64,000 nt of DNA from Leptogorgia sarmentosa (taxonomy: Eukaryota): positions 3,782,001 to 3,846,000 of the forward strand of contig OZ210884.1 in the NCBI GenBank assembly GCA_964658305.1. The letters are read 5' to 3'. Both the position numbers and the translations under genes were made by a program. The notes under the pieces are model-generated. The model was not told where the DNA came from. It saw nothing but the letters and a program-made list of their open reading frames with translations, and did not search any database. Of this stretch, positions 11,951 to 29,500 are shown one piece after another. Every line of letters begins with the position of its first letter. The stretch's first letter is position 1.

Positions 11951-12444
11951 ATGGACAGCATAACAACCATCATCGATATGGACGGTTTTACCGTAAACAA
12001 GAAATTGTACTGCAAGGAGCTGGTTATGATTAAAAAGAATCAAACCTATGCCACATCCATACTCTTCGAAATTCGACCTCGGGTTAAACTGGAACCACCT
12101 CACCGAAAAAGACAAGAAATCAGCGCGTTTCCTCGAGAAGCACATCCACAAGATCCGTTTCAACTCCCCCTCAACCGTCCCAGTATCCAACCTACCTCAA
12201 ATCGTAAGAACATATTTCAGCGAACCAGAAACTTTGGTGGCTTATAAGGGAGGACATTTTGAAAAAAGATCTACTGGACCAACTAGGAATTCCATCCGTC
12301 AAACTGGAAAACTTTAGATGCCCCAAAGCCGAACAGCTGTTTCAGAAACTTGGATGGTTGGAGACCTGTGGACACCACATCACCCCCGACGCATACCATC
12401 ATTGCGGTAAAGTCGAGGTCGAAGCGTTTGCGATGTGGTTATGA
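11951..12444 (+). pseudogene. Cassette ORF-C: ~163-aa DEDD/DnaQ-like exonuclease, Polinton/adintovirus-type, with two +1 frameshifts. 3'-truncated copies at 2321-2768, 4531-4978, 6643-7090 and 8749-9196
   Basis: Joining the three overlapping ORFs (11951, 12048, 12259) gives IIDMDGF..CKEL..VAYKGGHFEKDLL..LENFRCPK..TCGHH..HHCGKVEVEAFAMWL. The paralog at 14.2-14.4 kb reads GAA AAG GAT TTG in frame across the second shift. Confidence 0.65.
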
Positions 12445-13569
12445 TAGAAAAAAAAAACAAAAAAACAAAAAAAACAAAAAACTTCAGCATACGTCACAAA
12501 ACGTTTAGCTATATATACGCGCATACATGTAAGGCTTCGCATTTCTCAACACGTACTCAGTATGGATATCACTGAAGTTAGGAAGATGAATGCCAAGAAA
12601 CAGAAGAACTTCAGAAGAAAGGAAAAAGAGAGAAAAGAACGAGCAAAGATAACTGAGGCGTTCCTAATGAAGAAGTACGCCCCATCAGGCAGGAGCTTCA
12701 AGAACACATCCGAACAACCCTACCATCCCAAACCTCTTCACCAAAAACCACCACACCAGCAACGATTTTTCCCCTGAAGACTTTTTAAATCAAAACAAAA
12801 CAAAAGAAATGAAGACTATTTAAATGAAGACTTTTTAAATCTTTATAACTATGAAGACTTTTTTAATGATTTAAAAGATTTTAGAAGATTTAAAAATGAA
12901 GACTTTTTAAATCTTTATAACTGACAGTTTTCTTTTCTAAAATACACGTAAAATGAGTTTCCCACTATACGTTCGTGCCTTTTATTTTAATTGAACGTTA
13001 ATTTACGTTGCTACTAAGCGAATAGCCTTCATGAAAATTCGCGTTAATTTTATCGATGTTAATTTTTCCCGAGTGTTTTTGCTATATTAATTTATAATAT
13101 TAAATTATTTAAATTAAATCGTCAATTATTTATGTCGCGTTCATATAGTGCATGGTTAATTTCCTATAATGAGGTGTGTAAGATATAATTGTTATTCTTA
13201 ATGATGGTGTTATGATCGGAAAGCGGAACTACCAACGACGACAACAACGACAAGATATGGGAAAAGACAAGAAAAAAGAGGCTAAAGGCAGACAAAAAAA
13301 AGGGTTTGAAAACTAAAGGCGTTGGAGTGTGCAAGATATTGAAGTATCCTGAGCCATCAGCTTCGCACAGAGAGTACTTTGAATCACTTTTTGATATGTC
13401 ATGTTTTGTGTGGTTTCAGAATTATTCTGAATCTGAAAGAACAATCCATAATCTTTTGGACTATGTTGTGTGTGTACAAATTAAATCTAATATGACTGTA
13501 TGTAATAAACTAAATAATACTTTATTTTTAAAACATGTTGTTTTGTTGTTCTTTTTCATTTTAATAATT

Positions 13570-14085
13570 GTATAGGTTTATCATGTATAGGCAATAAAAG
13601 TCGCTTCATATAGATCATTAGACCTAAATTAACGCAAAACAAAACGTATATATTTAGGCGTCATACATGTAGACTCTCAGTTGGCACCTTACACCTGAAA
13701 ATGGCTGCGAGTCAAGGAGGTATATCTATAAACTTAACCTTACTTTTTTTATCTTCACTTATATGCATGATAGTTGTTGAGATTCCCACTAATATCAAAT
13801 CTGCCCAAACTGTAAGGGACCAACCATGATGCCCTCGTGGGGCAGAAAATTAGATGAAAGAATCACGTCGTTAAGATTTTTATTGCAGTAAATGCAAGTA
13901 TGTCTCAAATACATTCTTTGATATACAAATAGAAAATACACTCTTGACAATAAACTTGTATAGGTTTATCATTTATAGGGAATAAAAGTGGCTTCATATA
14001 GATCAGAGACCTATATTAACGCGAAACAAAACGTATATAATTTATATATTTAGCCGTCATACGTGTAGACTCACAGTGGGCACCA
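13570..14085 (+). pseudogene. Degraded, rearranged older copy of the mini-RING gene and its promoter (promoter present twice)
   Basis: ATG GCT GCG AGT CAA GGA G|GTATATC at 13701; CPNCKGPTMMPS; the intron-2 start GTATGTCTCAAATACATTC is conserved. The promoter-like block recurs at ~13958-14085. Confidence 0.7.
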
Positions 14086-14185
14086 AGTAGGAGTCAAGTC
14101 CTAATTGATTGTAGTTTCATGATTAAATTAATTGTTGTAAGCTTATCTTTTATTCCCACCCTTCTTAAAATAATTTTCAAACTAG

Positions 14186-14423
14186 ACTAAAGTATACGTC
14201 AAAACTCCAAGTCTGCTATTGCATATAAAGGAGGAGATATTGAAAAGGATTTGCTTGCTGTGTTAACATCCCCGCGATCAACTTGGAAGATTTTGGTTGT
14301 CCAAAGGCCGAAAAGCTAATGGATGAATTGATATGGTTGGAAACGTGCGGGAAGAATTTGACAGCCAACGCATATCAACATTGTCCCAAAATGGAAGTGG
14401 AGGCACTTGGATTATGGCTGTAA
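14186..14423 (+). pseudogene. Diverged paralog of the ORF-C exonuclease C-terminal half
   Basis: IAYKGGDIEKDLLAVL/IPAINLEDFGCPKAEKLMDELIWLETCGKNLTANAYQHCPKMEVEALGLWL*, with one frameshift. Confidence 0.8.
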
Positions 14424-14538
14424 AAACAGCGGTGAAAGGAAAAACAACATAAAAACCGAATCTTTAAGAACCATCAAAATTATAAAAGAACATAAACAAA
14501 TCGATACCTCTACTTAAACATGTTTATAATACCTATAG

Positions 14539-14825
14539 GTGGTACCTGCCAAAATCCTCTCACGGATGAGACAGCAGTGGTTGCAGAGAATCAAGTTTTG
14601 TTGAAAAATTTGGGATTCCTGGATGCAGTGGAATCGATGTTAATCATCTACTATGTATGTAATTTGGAGTACCCAAAAGAATGTTTTAGTACTTTTTTAA
14701 TTTTGCAAAGGCAAGCAATGAGAGTGCATGACACCCAAAAGGTACCAAGCAAGGTACTGGAACTAATGTCAGAGAACTTGGCAACTTGCATCCTGAACTT
14801 AATGTGTACTCGTGGACTAACTTAG
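14539..14825 (+). mobile_element. C-terminal exon of a SAMD3-like accessory protein typical of animal CACTA/EnSpm transposons (remnant)
   Basis: Motif YYVCNLEYPKEC..TFLILQR, preceded by acceptor ACCTATAG. It resembles the ORF at 63672-63884 inside the CACTG element. Confidence 0.55.
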
Positions 14826-16433
14826 CAAGTGAACATATTTTTTTATCTATTAAAAATTAATATTTTAGGCTTACTGATTTTAGGCTGCAAATTATTTTAT
14901 ATAAATTAGGTATAAAAATACTATAGGGCTGAATCATTGTATATATGTATATTTGTTCCAAATTATATATTTTTATCAACTTTAATACGAATACAACTGA
15001 TTTGTTATTTGCAGGTGTAAATTATCATGAAGACACAATAAAGTGCAATAACCTCAAATTGTCATTCTATATTTTCAAATTACCGCATTATATACTTTCA
15101 TAATTTACTATATACTTTTTGTGGTTGCGAAGAACATGTTGTCACCTTAGTGAAAATGAGCTTGTGGCCAGGAAGTGCTACATGGCCAACTGTAGCATTT
15201 CATTTTAAATTAAATGGGTTTGCAGAACTCTTCTTTTGGAATTCCATGTTTCATTAAAGAAATTCTCTGATGCATTAAGCATTCTAACGAAGAGTACTAT
15301 GTTGCCAAAATGGGTAAGTATAAGAAATAATATACAGCTAATTCAAGGCTGTCTTGTGAAAGTCAAAACATAGCAAAATAGCTATCATGTTGCTAGCAAA
15401 ATATTTATTTGATTGTTTTTACTTATTTGGCCAGGTTGGAGAGAATTGTATACGGGTTGTGTGTGTTTGTACAGTGAAACATGTATAATTTATCATGAAG
15501 ACAAAATAAAGGGCAATAACCTCAAATTATCATCCTACATATTTTCAAATTACCGCATTGTATACTTTAACCATAAATTCCATATAACAGGGACCAGTGT
15601 TTATCAAAATATCAACTGTAGCATTTTTTAGATCAATTAGCATAGAAAGCTGCATTACGTGTCGCATGACGGGGTTCAGATCGTTCAGTTTCTATTATAG
15701 TAGAAATATTTTCACCATTGTAGTGTAGCGCAACATACTTTCCGCAGCAATAAATCGCAGGGACGTATTCACCTACCAATCGATAGGCAAATATCCTACT
15801 TTTACACACGCAAGACCGAGATACACACGCGCTTTCGTCCAGCGCATTTTGCATGAAATTTATTAGTCAATGTAACACCTCATCTAACGTGATATTCGAA
15901 ACAAGTTGCACGACAAATTGCACGTATTAAATGTGAAATGAAACCGTATCACGAAAACAATAATTTTTACGGGTATACGTAAGGCTCGAACGATTGTTCG
16001 TTCCGGATTTTTCATTCCTCTTTTTACCAAGCAAATAGAGGTCATAGTTAGTGGTCAAATATCGCTTCATTTATTCAAATAGAGGTGAGATCTACTATCG
16101 AGTTCTCCCAATATTTGGTAGGCTTGCATAAGTCTCTATGCAAACATGAAATTACAGAAACAACTTTGCTGATGCACATTTTTGCCCATGCAGAAAATCT
16201 TGAAATATCTTACATAACATTGTTTTAAAAGAATTGCCAAATTTTCAACGTGTACTGTATATAAAACTATTCACTTACCACATCTTGCCATCTCCCCATT
16301 CATCCATGCAGTGTATTTCAATATTCTTCAGTTTACCATGTGGAATGATGTACGGTGTACCACGTGACGACTACGGTCATCGGATCTTCTGGTCTTCATT
16401 TTCTATGGACTTTCATTGCACCGTTATAAAATT

Positions 16434-22354
<5,921 letters not shown>

Positions 22355-23061
22355 TCTCGAGAATCAAAACCACATCAAAACGAATTTAATTCGAATGGTA
22401 ATACGAGTATGATTTTGTTGAAAATATATATTTTCATAGGGATTGGGAACACATAGGATTGTATGGCATCGCATGGGTATATCATGGGATAACATTGAAT
22501 TATCATGGCCTATCCATCTGTGTCAATCATATCTATGGTGTCGATATATACCATACCTATATTCAAGGTGCGTTAATCAATTTCTGCTCTCCAATACGAA
22601 TTGGGAAAAAGTACGCAAGGGAGATTGAACAAAAGTAGAGTCAAAACCACTGATCAAAACTGACTATAACTGTTCATCACCATCCTAAAATATACCTGTG
22701 CGATCTTTTGCGATCCCCAATTGACAATAACCAATATCCGGTATAGGTTCAGGTAAAGATTTATTGTTTCAAGTTCAACCGAATGCAAATAGATTTTTCA
22801 ACATGATTTCGAAGAGTTCGAAAGTATCCAAAATAAAATGCACCTAGGCCCAGCGTTATCAATTTGTTTCGGTAATTAGGGCATGTCTGGACTGTCAGTG
22901 GTAGTTGGGGATAGTTAGTTGGTGTGGTTTAAAGTTGATGTTATAGGTTGAAGATAAAATGTCAAAGAATCAATGATAGTTGATTACCAATACATTATTC
23001 TCACCACTGAACTAGCCTGCGTGCAGCCACTATTTGATTAGTGACTAAGGAGAGGTTACAA

Positions 23062-23263
23062 CAGGGTCAGCGCTAGAACGTTAATTTGGGGATGGGTGGG
23101 GTGTGGGGGTGTATATCAAAATTTTGGCGTTCTGCCGACTGATTTCTTTCAAATCAGTTGTTCATGAATTAATTTCAAGAGAAATCAGTCGGCAGAACAC
23201 CAAAAAATGAATATGCACCCCCTCCGCCCCCCCCCCCCCCATTAACCTTCTAGCGCCGGCCCT
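23062..23263. mobile_element. MITE in the GPATCH4/NUCB divergent promoter region
   Basis: Inverted ends CAGGGTCAGCGCTAGAA...TTCTAGCGCCGGCCCTG and an internal inverted pair TTCTGCCGACTGATTTC/GAAATCAGTCGGCAGAA. Confidence 0.75.
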
Positions 23264-23581
23264 GTGTGACATAGCTGTCCCCTATTTTTCCTACTTGGCA
23301 TCCCCTGCAGTCCCTTCGAACTTGACCTTCGATATTCGCGATCAAAAGTGTTCGAAGCTGTCGTTGGGCCACGTTTTGTAAAGGAAGTAAACGCACGATT
23401 TCGGCGGAAACCAGCTGAAAATTGCCTGTTTATATTCAAATTTTCTCTAAGTCTCTCCAGCTTTGCGCGTTTTGCTTTGTTTGATGTGAAATTTGGTGTT
23501 TCTAACCGCCTTAAATATACCTTGATTGTTCAGAGCGCGGTTTATTTTGTGTTTTGTGTCTACCTGTCAGATTTCGAAAGA

Positions 23582-26500
23582 ATGACGCATATTTCAAGAC
23601 AATTTGCGTTCTATGTCGTGCTTTTTACCGTAATATTTGTTGTCCACTGTAAACCTGTACAAAAACCGAAGGACGCGGAGGAGAAGAAGGACGACTGGAG
23701 GAAAGAAGAGGATCCTGCTTATGTGAAATACTTAAAACAAGTGATCGAAATTCTAGAAGAAGATGAAAATTTCTCAAAGCGCCTCGAGAATGTGACAGAG
23801 GAGGATATACGGAGCGGTAAGATCGCCGAAGAGATCGATTTTGCAAGCCATCACATTCGTACTAGACTCGACGAACTTAAACGCAAGGAGATCGAGTCAC
23901 AAAGACAATTACTGAGAAAGGAACAGGATTTACGTCGGGGCATACATAGGGAATACTGGAATCCTTTGAACGACAGAGAGAATCCGAATACATTTGAGGT
24001 TGAGGATTTGAAGAAACTACTTTCAAAGGTAATTATAAGGCGTTACACTTGATAATAGAGTAGGTAGCAAGTTTACACACAACTGAAAGTACGTATCAAG
24101 TTCGAACTTGCAAATTAACTTTAGAATTATGTGATATAAATCTTTATAGGAGGGGTAACTGCCACAAATGCCCCCACAGTTGGCGCCAAGCATAAAAGTA
24201 TTGAAAGCTTGAAGTACCCATATAGATCATTGACAATGGCATTTTGAGGGCTTTCTAGTGAAATATTTCATCATACTTCTTTTAAAATGGAATTGTTTGT
24301 GGGGATGATCAATAGCTATTTGCCTTGCATAAATTATATGTATTCCTTGCTAATTGCTTGCTGTTTCTTGTGTGTGTACCATATTTTGATTGTACAACAG
24401 TGTATGCAATACTGGTGACAAAGAAATGCTGATGTGAAAGGGCTCATGTGTTGCTGAAATGGTTTAAATCTTTGCTCTTGTGATCCAGCAACAAGCAGTA
24501 GAAGTTCTAAGTACTCACTACCTAAACAATGTAAACAGATTCAACGTTTCGAGCAAAGGCCCTTTGTCAGGCACCAACTGATTCCCGAAGAAGGGCGTTG
24601 AATATAACCTTGGTTGCTTGTTCATTACCCTCTACCCACACTGGTCACGTATTGAAGTTTGTTATTTATAATCCAACTGGCAATTGATGCAGGTTACTTT
24701 CAACAGTTCTACTCACTATTGTACCAATGATACCTAAACAATACAATTAGATCTTATTGTATTGCTTAACGAGTGAGTTGATCTCTTACTGCACATTGTT
24801 ACGGTATGTTGTTATTCGTTACCTAGACCGGCCAATTGAAAAATTGTTGCAACTTATAGTGCCCAATTCTTCCTGGATGCCTGAATAATAATATTCACAT
24901 TTATGATTGCCTTAATTTCAACTATTCAAGTTTACACAGCATGACTAAGCTGCCCTGAATGCTGGCTTTGCCACCAGGCAAGTTGCACCTGAATCAATGC
25001 TTACACATCTGTCATGGTGAACAAATACAAACTGTTTACCAACTTTTTCTAAAATAGAATGCCTATAAATTTGTCCTCTACAACTGTGATAAGCTACAGT
25101 GCACTAGCCACAGCTTGATTCCTTCTGTAATTTTTTCACAGAAATTAAAAACACACCTTTCTAAGCTCACTTCCTCTATAAGAAAAAAACAGACTTTTGA
25201 AAGTCCACAATGCACTCTTAAGTTTTATCTATCTATTATGGGCCTCTACAATACTTGGAGTAGGCATCTTTCACCTTTGAAATGGATTCAAATCTCACTG
25301 TTTATACATGATAAGAACAAATTCTTCTAAGCAGTCACTCTCCTAACAAAAACTCCAGACTTCATGAAATAATTTACAATGCTTCCTTAGTCCCTATTTT
25401 TCTGTGTCTGTGGGCGTCAGTATCACAATGATTGCACTAAGCATCATTTACCTCCGAAATGGATTCAAGATTCATGTTGGCACATGATACCATGGAGACA
25501 GGTGCTACCCCCTCCCTACTACCCTACTACCCCACCCTCTACTACCCCTCGCCCTTACTACCCCCCCCCCCCCCTCCCTTTTTTGTGAAGTAAAGTGAAA
25601 TGAATTTACAAAAGGCTAAAAATAATGTTGTCTATATGTAGACCTATGGACCTAGATATTATGTTCAGGTTCTCTTAAAATGCAGGAAATAACGTAAACA
25701 GGACAGAGAGAATTAAAAATTATACAGGGGCGTAGGAAGCGTGTCGGCTGTGGTCGCCATTTAAACCATTTAGTGCTGGGATCAAACCCACCTGAATGAG
25801 TGTCGAGTCCCTCTTAGGAATCCCTACGATTATACTCTGTATTACGTCCTTAATTTCTTTACACAAATGGAAGATTTATACATCCGTCTAATATCAATAA
25901 GTGCGCATTATATCACATAGACAAAGTTTGCTAAAATCAAGTGCAAATGGCGTAGCTCAAACTGAGTCTAGGCGAAGTAAATGATGTAAATAAAGAAACA
26001 CTCACTTCTTATGGCCATCTCAAGAACAATATCCCAATGTCAAACGATTTACTGTACAATCAAATCACTTACATGTCAACACGCACGCTTTTAGATCTCA
26101 TAGTTCGATCGAAGCTCTCTCCTCACGCCCTCATAAATTATGTTATTATGCGAAAATGGTGCGAAATATTTAAAATAATTTGCGCAATTAGCACGACGTT
26201 CGTAACACGCATTTCAGATGGCATATGTATCAATCAACTTTAGGTGCTCCAAATTCCAAAAATTTTGGTGGCGCTTGGTGGGCTTACACACCTCCAATCT
26301 ACTATCGTTTTCCTCAGCCCCAACCCCACTGTTAAACACGCTCAGTGGGCCCTTTGCAATTGCTCTGCTGAATCATATCGTAATTGTTTCATAAAATAAC
26401 TGCAGTGAAACAACGGAAAACATTAATTTCTCTTCCATAAATAGGAGAAACCCTTGTTTGTTGTTTTCGATAGAAAATTGATGGGCTATCCTGTCAAATT

Positions 26501-29500
26501 TTCGTATTTTACTTTTATTTTATTGCCGACATTTTAAAAATCCCGTGACTCGTGAGCATTATGCTCGTGAGAAAGCATTCAGAATTTTCCGTGCAGGATA
26601 ATGTGCAGGATTGTCTAATCCTGCATGGCTTCTAACCAATCAAATTGCGTTTTCACTGTTGTTATATAAAATTTCTCTTCTTTTATAAACAGCACCATGA
26701 AGAAATGGACGAGATTGACAAAAGAAGGAAAAAGGAATTTCAACAGCATGAAATGGAGAAAGAACACAAACGAAGGAAGGAAGAAAAAGGATTTGATGAG
26801 GCAAAGAAAAAGGAAGTCGAAGAAGAGCGAAAGAGGTTGCGAGAAAAACATGTGAAAGATGCCGAAAGAGTTAATCATCCCGTGAGTAAATGTACTATAA
26901 ATAAAAGCCAGCTTTTGGATAAAATCTGTTCTAGGCCACAACAACAAAATCCATCACTACAACTCCGAAGAGTGTCTTAAGATTAGTAAAAACTGCAAAG
27001 TTGCGTCGCAAAAAGTTGTAAGATGTTACAAATATAGCCTTGCAATATTTGCATATTATGCATTACTCTAGGTCTAGGTCTAGGTGATCCGATAATTAAT
27101 GGTAACATATTTTTGTTCAATATTTATGCTTGTGTGATTAGTATTACTCAGTTTTGAACTATATTGATTACGCGCGGTCAGCCTTGTGACCTGGGGCCGG
27201 TTTTTCATAGCCCGTTACACTCCCATTCGCCTTGTTTAACTCAAATTTTAAACACTAAATAATATGTAGTTGCGTACATGAGTGTTCCTCTCAGACTGAA
27301 GAATTTTATTTTCCTTGTTCAATGAACACATAGACTTGCTTGATATTCCGGACTTATCCGAATTTAGGCAAACCGGGCTAAACTGGGCCCTATCGTGTAA
27401 ACGTCAATGAGCTTCCTCGTCCTCACTGATATGTCGTTAAGTAAATGATCTATTTTATCATTCTATCTATTACAGGGAAGTAAACCACAACTGGAGGAAG
27501 TTTGGGAAGAAGAAGACGGATTTGATAAAGACCAGTTTAATCCAAAGACGTTCTTCCGACTCCATGGTAAGTATAAATATGAAAGAAATAGTTTTGAAAT
27601 ATACATGATGGACGAAATCTCTATCGGGATAGCTTGCAGAAGCGTCTTGAATTTAGTAACATCGCAAAATTTTGCAATGAAATGTGGTAAAATGAAAAAA
27701 ATCTAGTCTTTGGAATTTTGGGGATGCTGCATGATGGTTTTAGTGGTATCACGGATATTCAGTATGTCGTTTACGCGCCGACCCGAGCAAGAGCTCCTGG
27801 AAAAGCAATGGTCTGGTACATGATGGCCAACAACAACATTTTTGCCAAATCGTTCATTATCTTCATTCAACCAATTACTACAATTAATGCAACGCTCCCC
27901 GAATTACCAATAATGGGAGTCGTCTGTTATAGAACCAAGAGAAAACCCACGACTTTCGGAAGAGCGTTGATTGTCTATTTTTACATAAATATCATGCACG
28001 TGTTCACAGTGAGACTGTCTAGAACCCACGATTCAGAGTGAAAGACAATAATATTGTTCTGACGATTGCTCAGCCGATACTCCATGGGGACTTCATGTTT
28101 AACCAATTTGTTTACTTTTTACAGACAAAGATAATGACGGGCAGCTTGACCCATATGAAATGGAAAGCTTGTTTTATCGCGAGGTAATTTTTTTAAACTT
28201 CAACTATAGTTTTAATATGGCCAAAACGGTTTTAAGACGAAGATTTTCTGTATGTTACGTGTCTCGCGCTCAAAACTCAAATTCGTCGAAACATAAATTT
28301 CAAATTTTGACGTTTCTCAATCGGCAGACTCACTTAAAAAGCTTGATGGATTCATAATTAATGATATAAAACGAAAATAGAAAGATTTTGGAGGGTACGC
28401 CAAAGAGAAAATTGAAATCTTGCATTTATTGTTGAAATCATGCAAGGCTTCATTTATTTTGCTCTGGTTGTACAAACATTGATGCTCAAATTTTATATAT
28501 TCCTTTTAGTTTCTCAATACCTAGACAGAGTTTCGAAGATAGCAAATAGTTTTGTCGAGACAATAATGACGGAATAATTTGATTTTGAGAGGGGCGCCAA
28601 AAGGATTTCGGGTTTTAAACACATTTCGATTCGTCGAAAATACGCAACATGGAAAAAATTATCCTGTTAATAAATATAATAAAACCATCCGATTTCAGTA
28701 GAAAACATTGAAATACACTAATATGCCAATGTTTATCGCTTAAAACTGAAAACGTGGGAAATTTGACTCATTTTGTCTAACTGCATGTTGTGTACTTTAA
28801 TATTTGAACTACCATAATGTATATTTGTTGTTTAGGCAAGCAAGATCCACAACAGTTCTGATCCTGACTTTGATAGGCGGGCACTTGATGAAGAAGTACA
28901 GAGAATGCGTGAACATGTTGTGAGAGAGGTAAAGTTTGAACTTCGGAAAATGCTGGACAATAAATTTGTCTTTGCATGGTCCTACAGCAACTTGCAAATT
29001 TGATTTTGCATGTTCTATGTTCCCTCGCAATATTTCAAATTTGATAATGTGATAGGGAGTATTGAGAACAATGCATGAATAGAGTCAGATTATTGATACT
29101 AGTATGTTTTCAATAGCATAAACTGGCACCGAAACGTGGCATCGCCATATTATGGGCGATATTATGGAAATTCGGAAAGTCATGCGAAATATTGAAAGCA
29201 CTCCATCACAAAATATATCAAAATGAAGTTAAAAAATGCAGAATTTAAATTTGAAAAGCTTGATTGCCCTAGCCTCTGTGAATGTTCGAGCATATTTTAA
29301 CGCCTAGAAACGCTGGTCACCTTCGAAGCGCTCTTATCTGAGCCAAAGTTACTTAAGACCCGCGCGAAATTCTGTTTCTCCGGGAAATACGAATGGCTTC
29401 TTCTTTGATTTTTCTGTTGAATTATTGGTCGGATGTATTAGATATTTGTAACTTTTTTTAAATACTGCAGTTGTTTCGCTTAACGATGCTGAACGCTTAC

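Larger units (their letters stand above)
1019..12765 (+). repeat. Tandem array of ~2.1-2.2 kb units carrying a three-gene cassette (mini-RING, basic/acidic ORF, DEDD exonuclease-like ORF)
   Basis: The unit-start motif ATAGAATGTGATCTGGCACC recurs at 2928, 5136, 7247, 9354 and 10358, giving units of 2208, 2111, 2107 and 1004 bp (half unit). There is a 5'-truncated first unit from ~1019 and a terminal unit plus a partial extra ORF-B ending at ~12765. The ORF track repeats near-identical proteins. Confidence 0.97.

Noticed and set aside
12040..12270. Programmed frameshifting in ORF-C
   Set aside because: Two successive +1 shifts would be needed, and the paralog at 14.2 kb is in frame at the second site, so these look like mutations.
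15020..15570. ~80-bp direct repeat (15025-15100 and 15492-15570) as possible LTRs
   Set aside because: Too short, no TG..CA ends, PBS or internal coding; probably a local duplication in transposon debris.
23348..23581. N-terminal extension of the 234-aa NUCB ORF
   Set aside because: It starts at a non-ATG codon; the ATG at 23582 gives a proper signal peptide.
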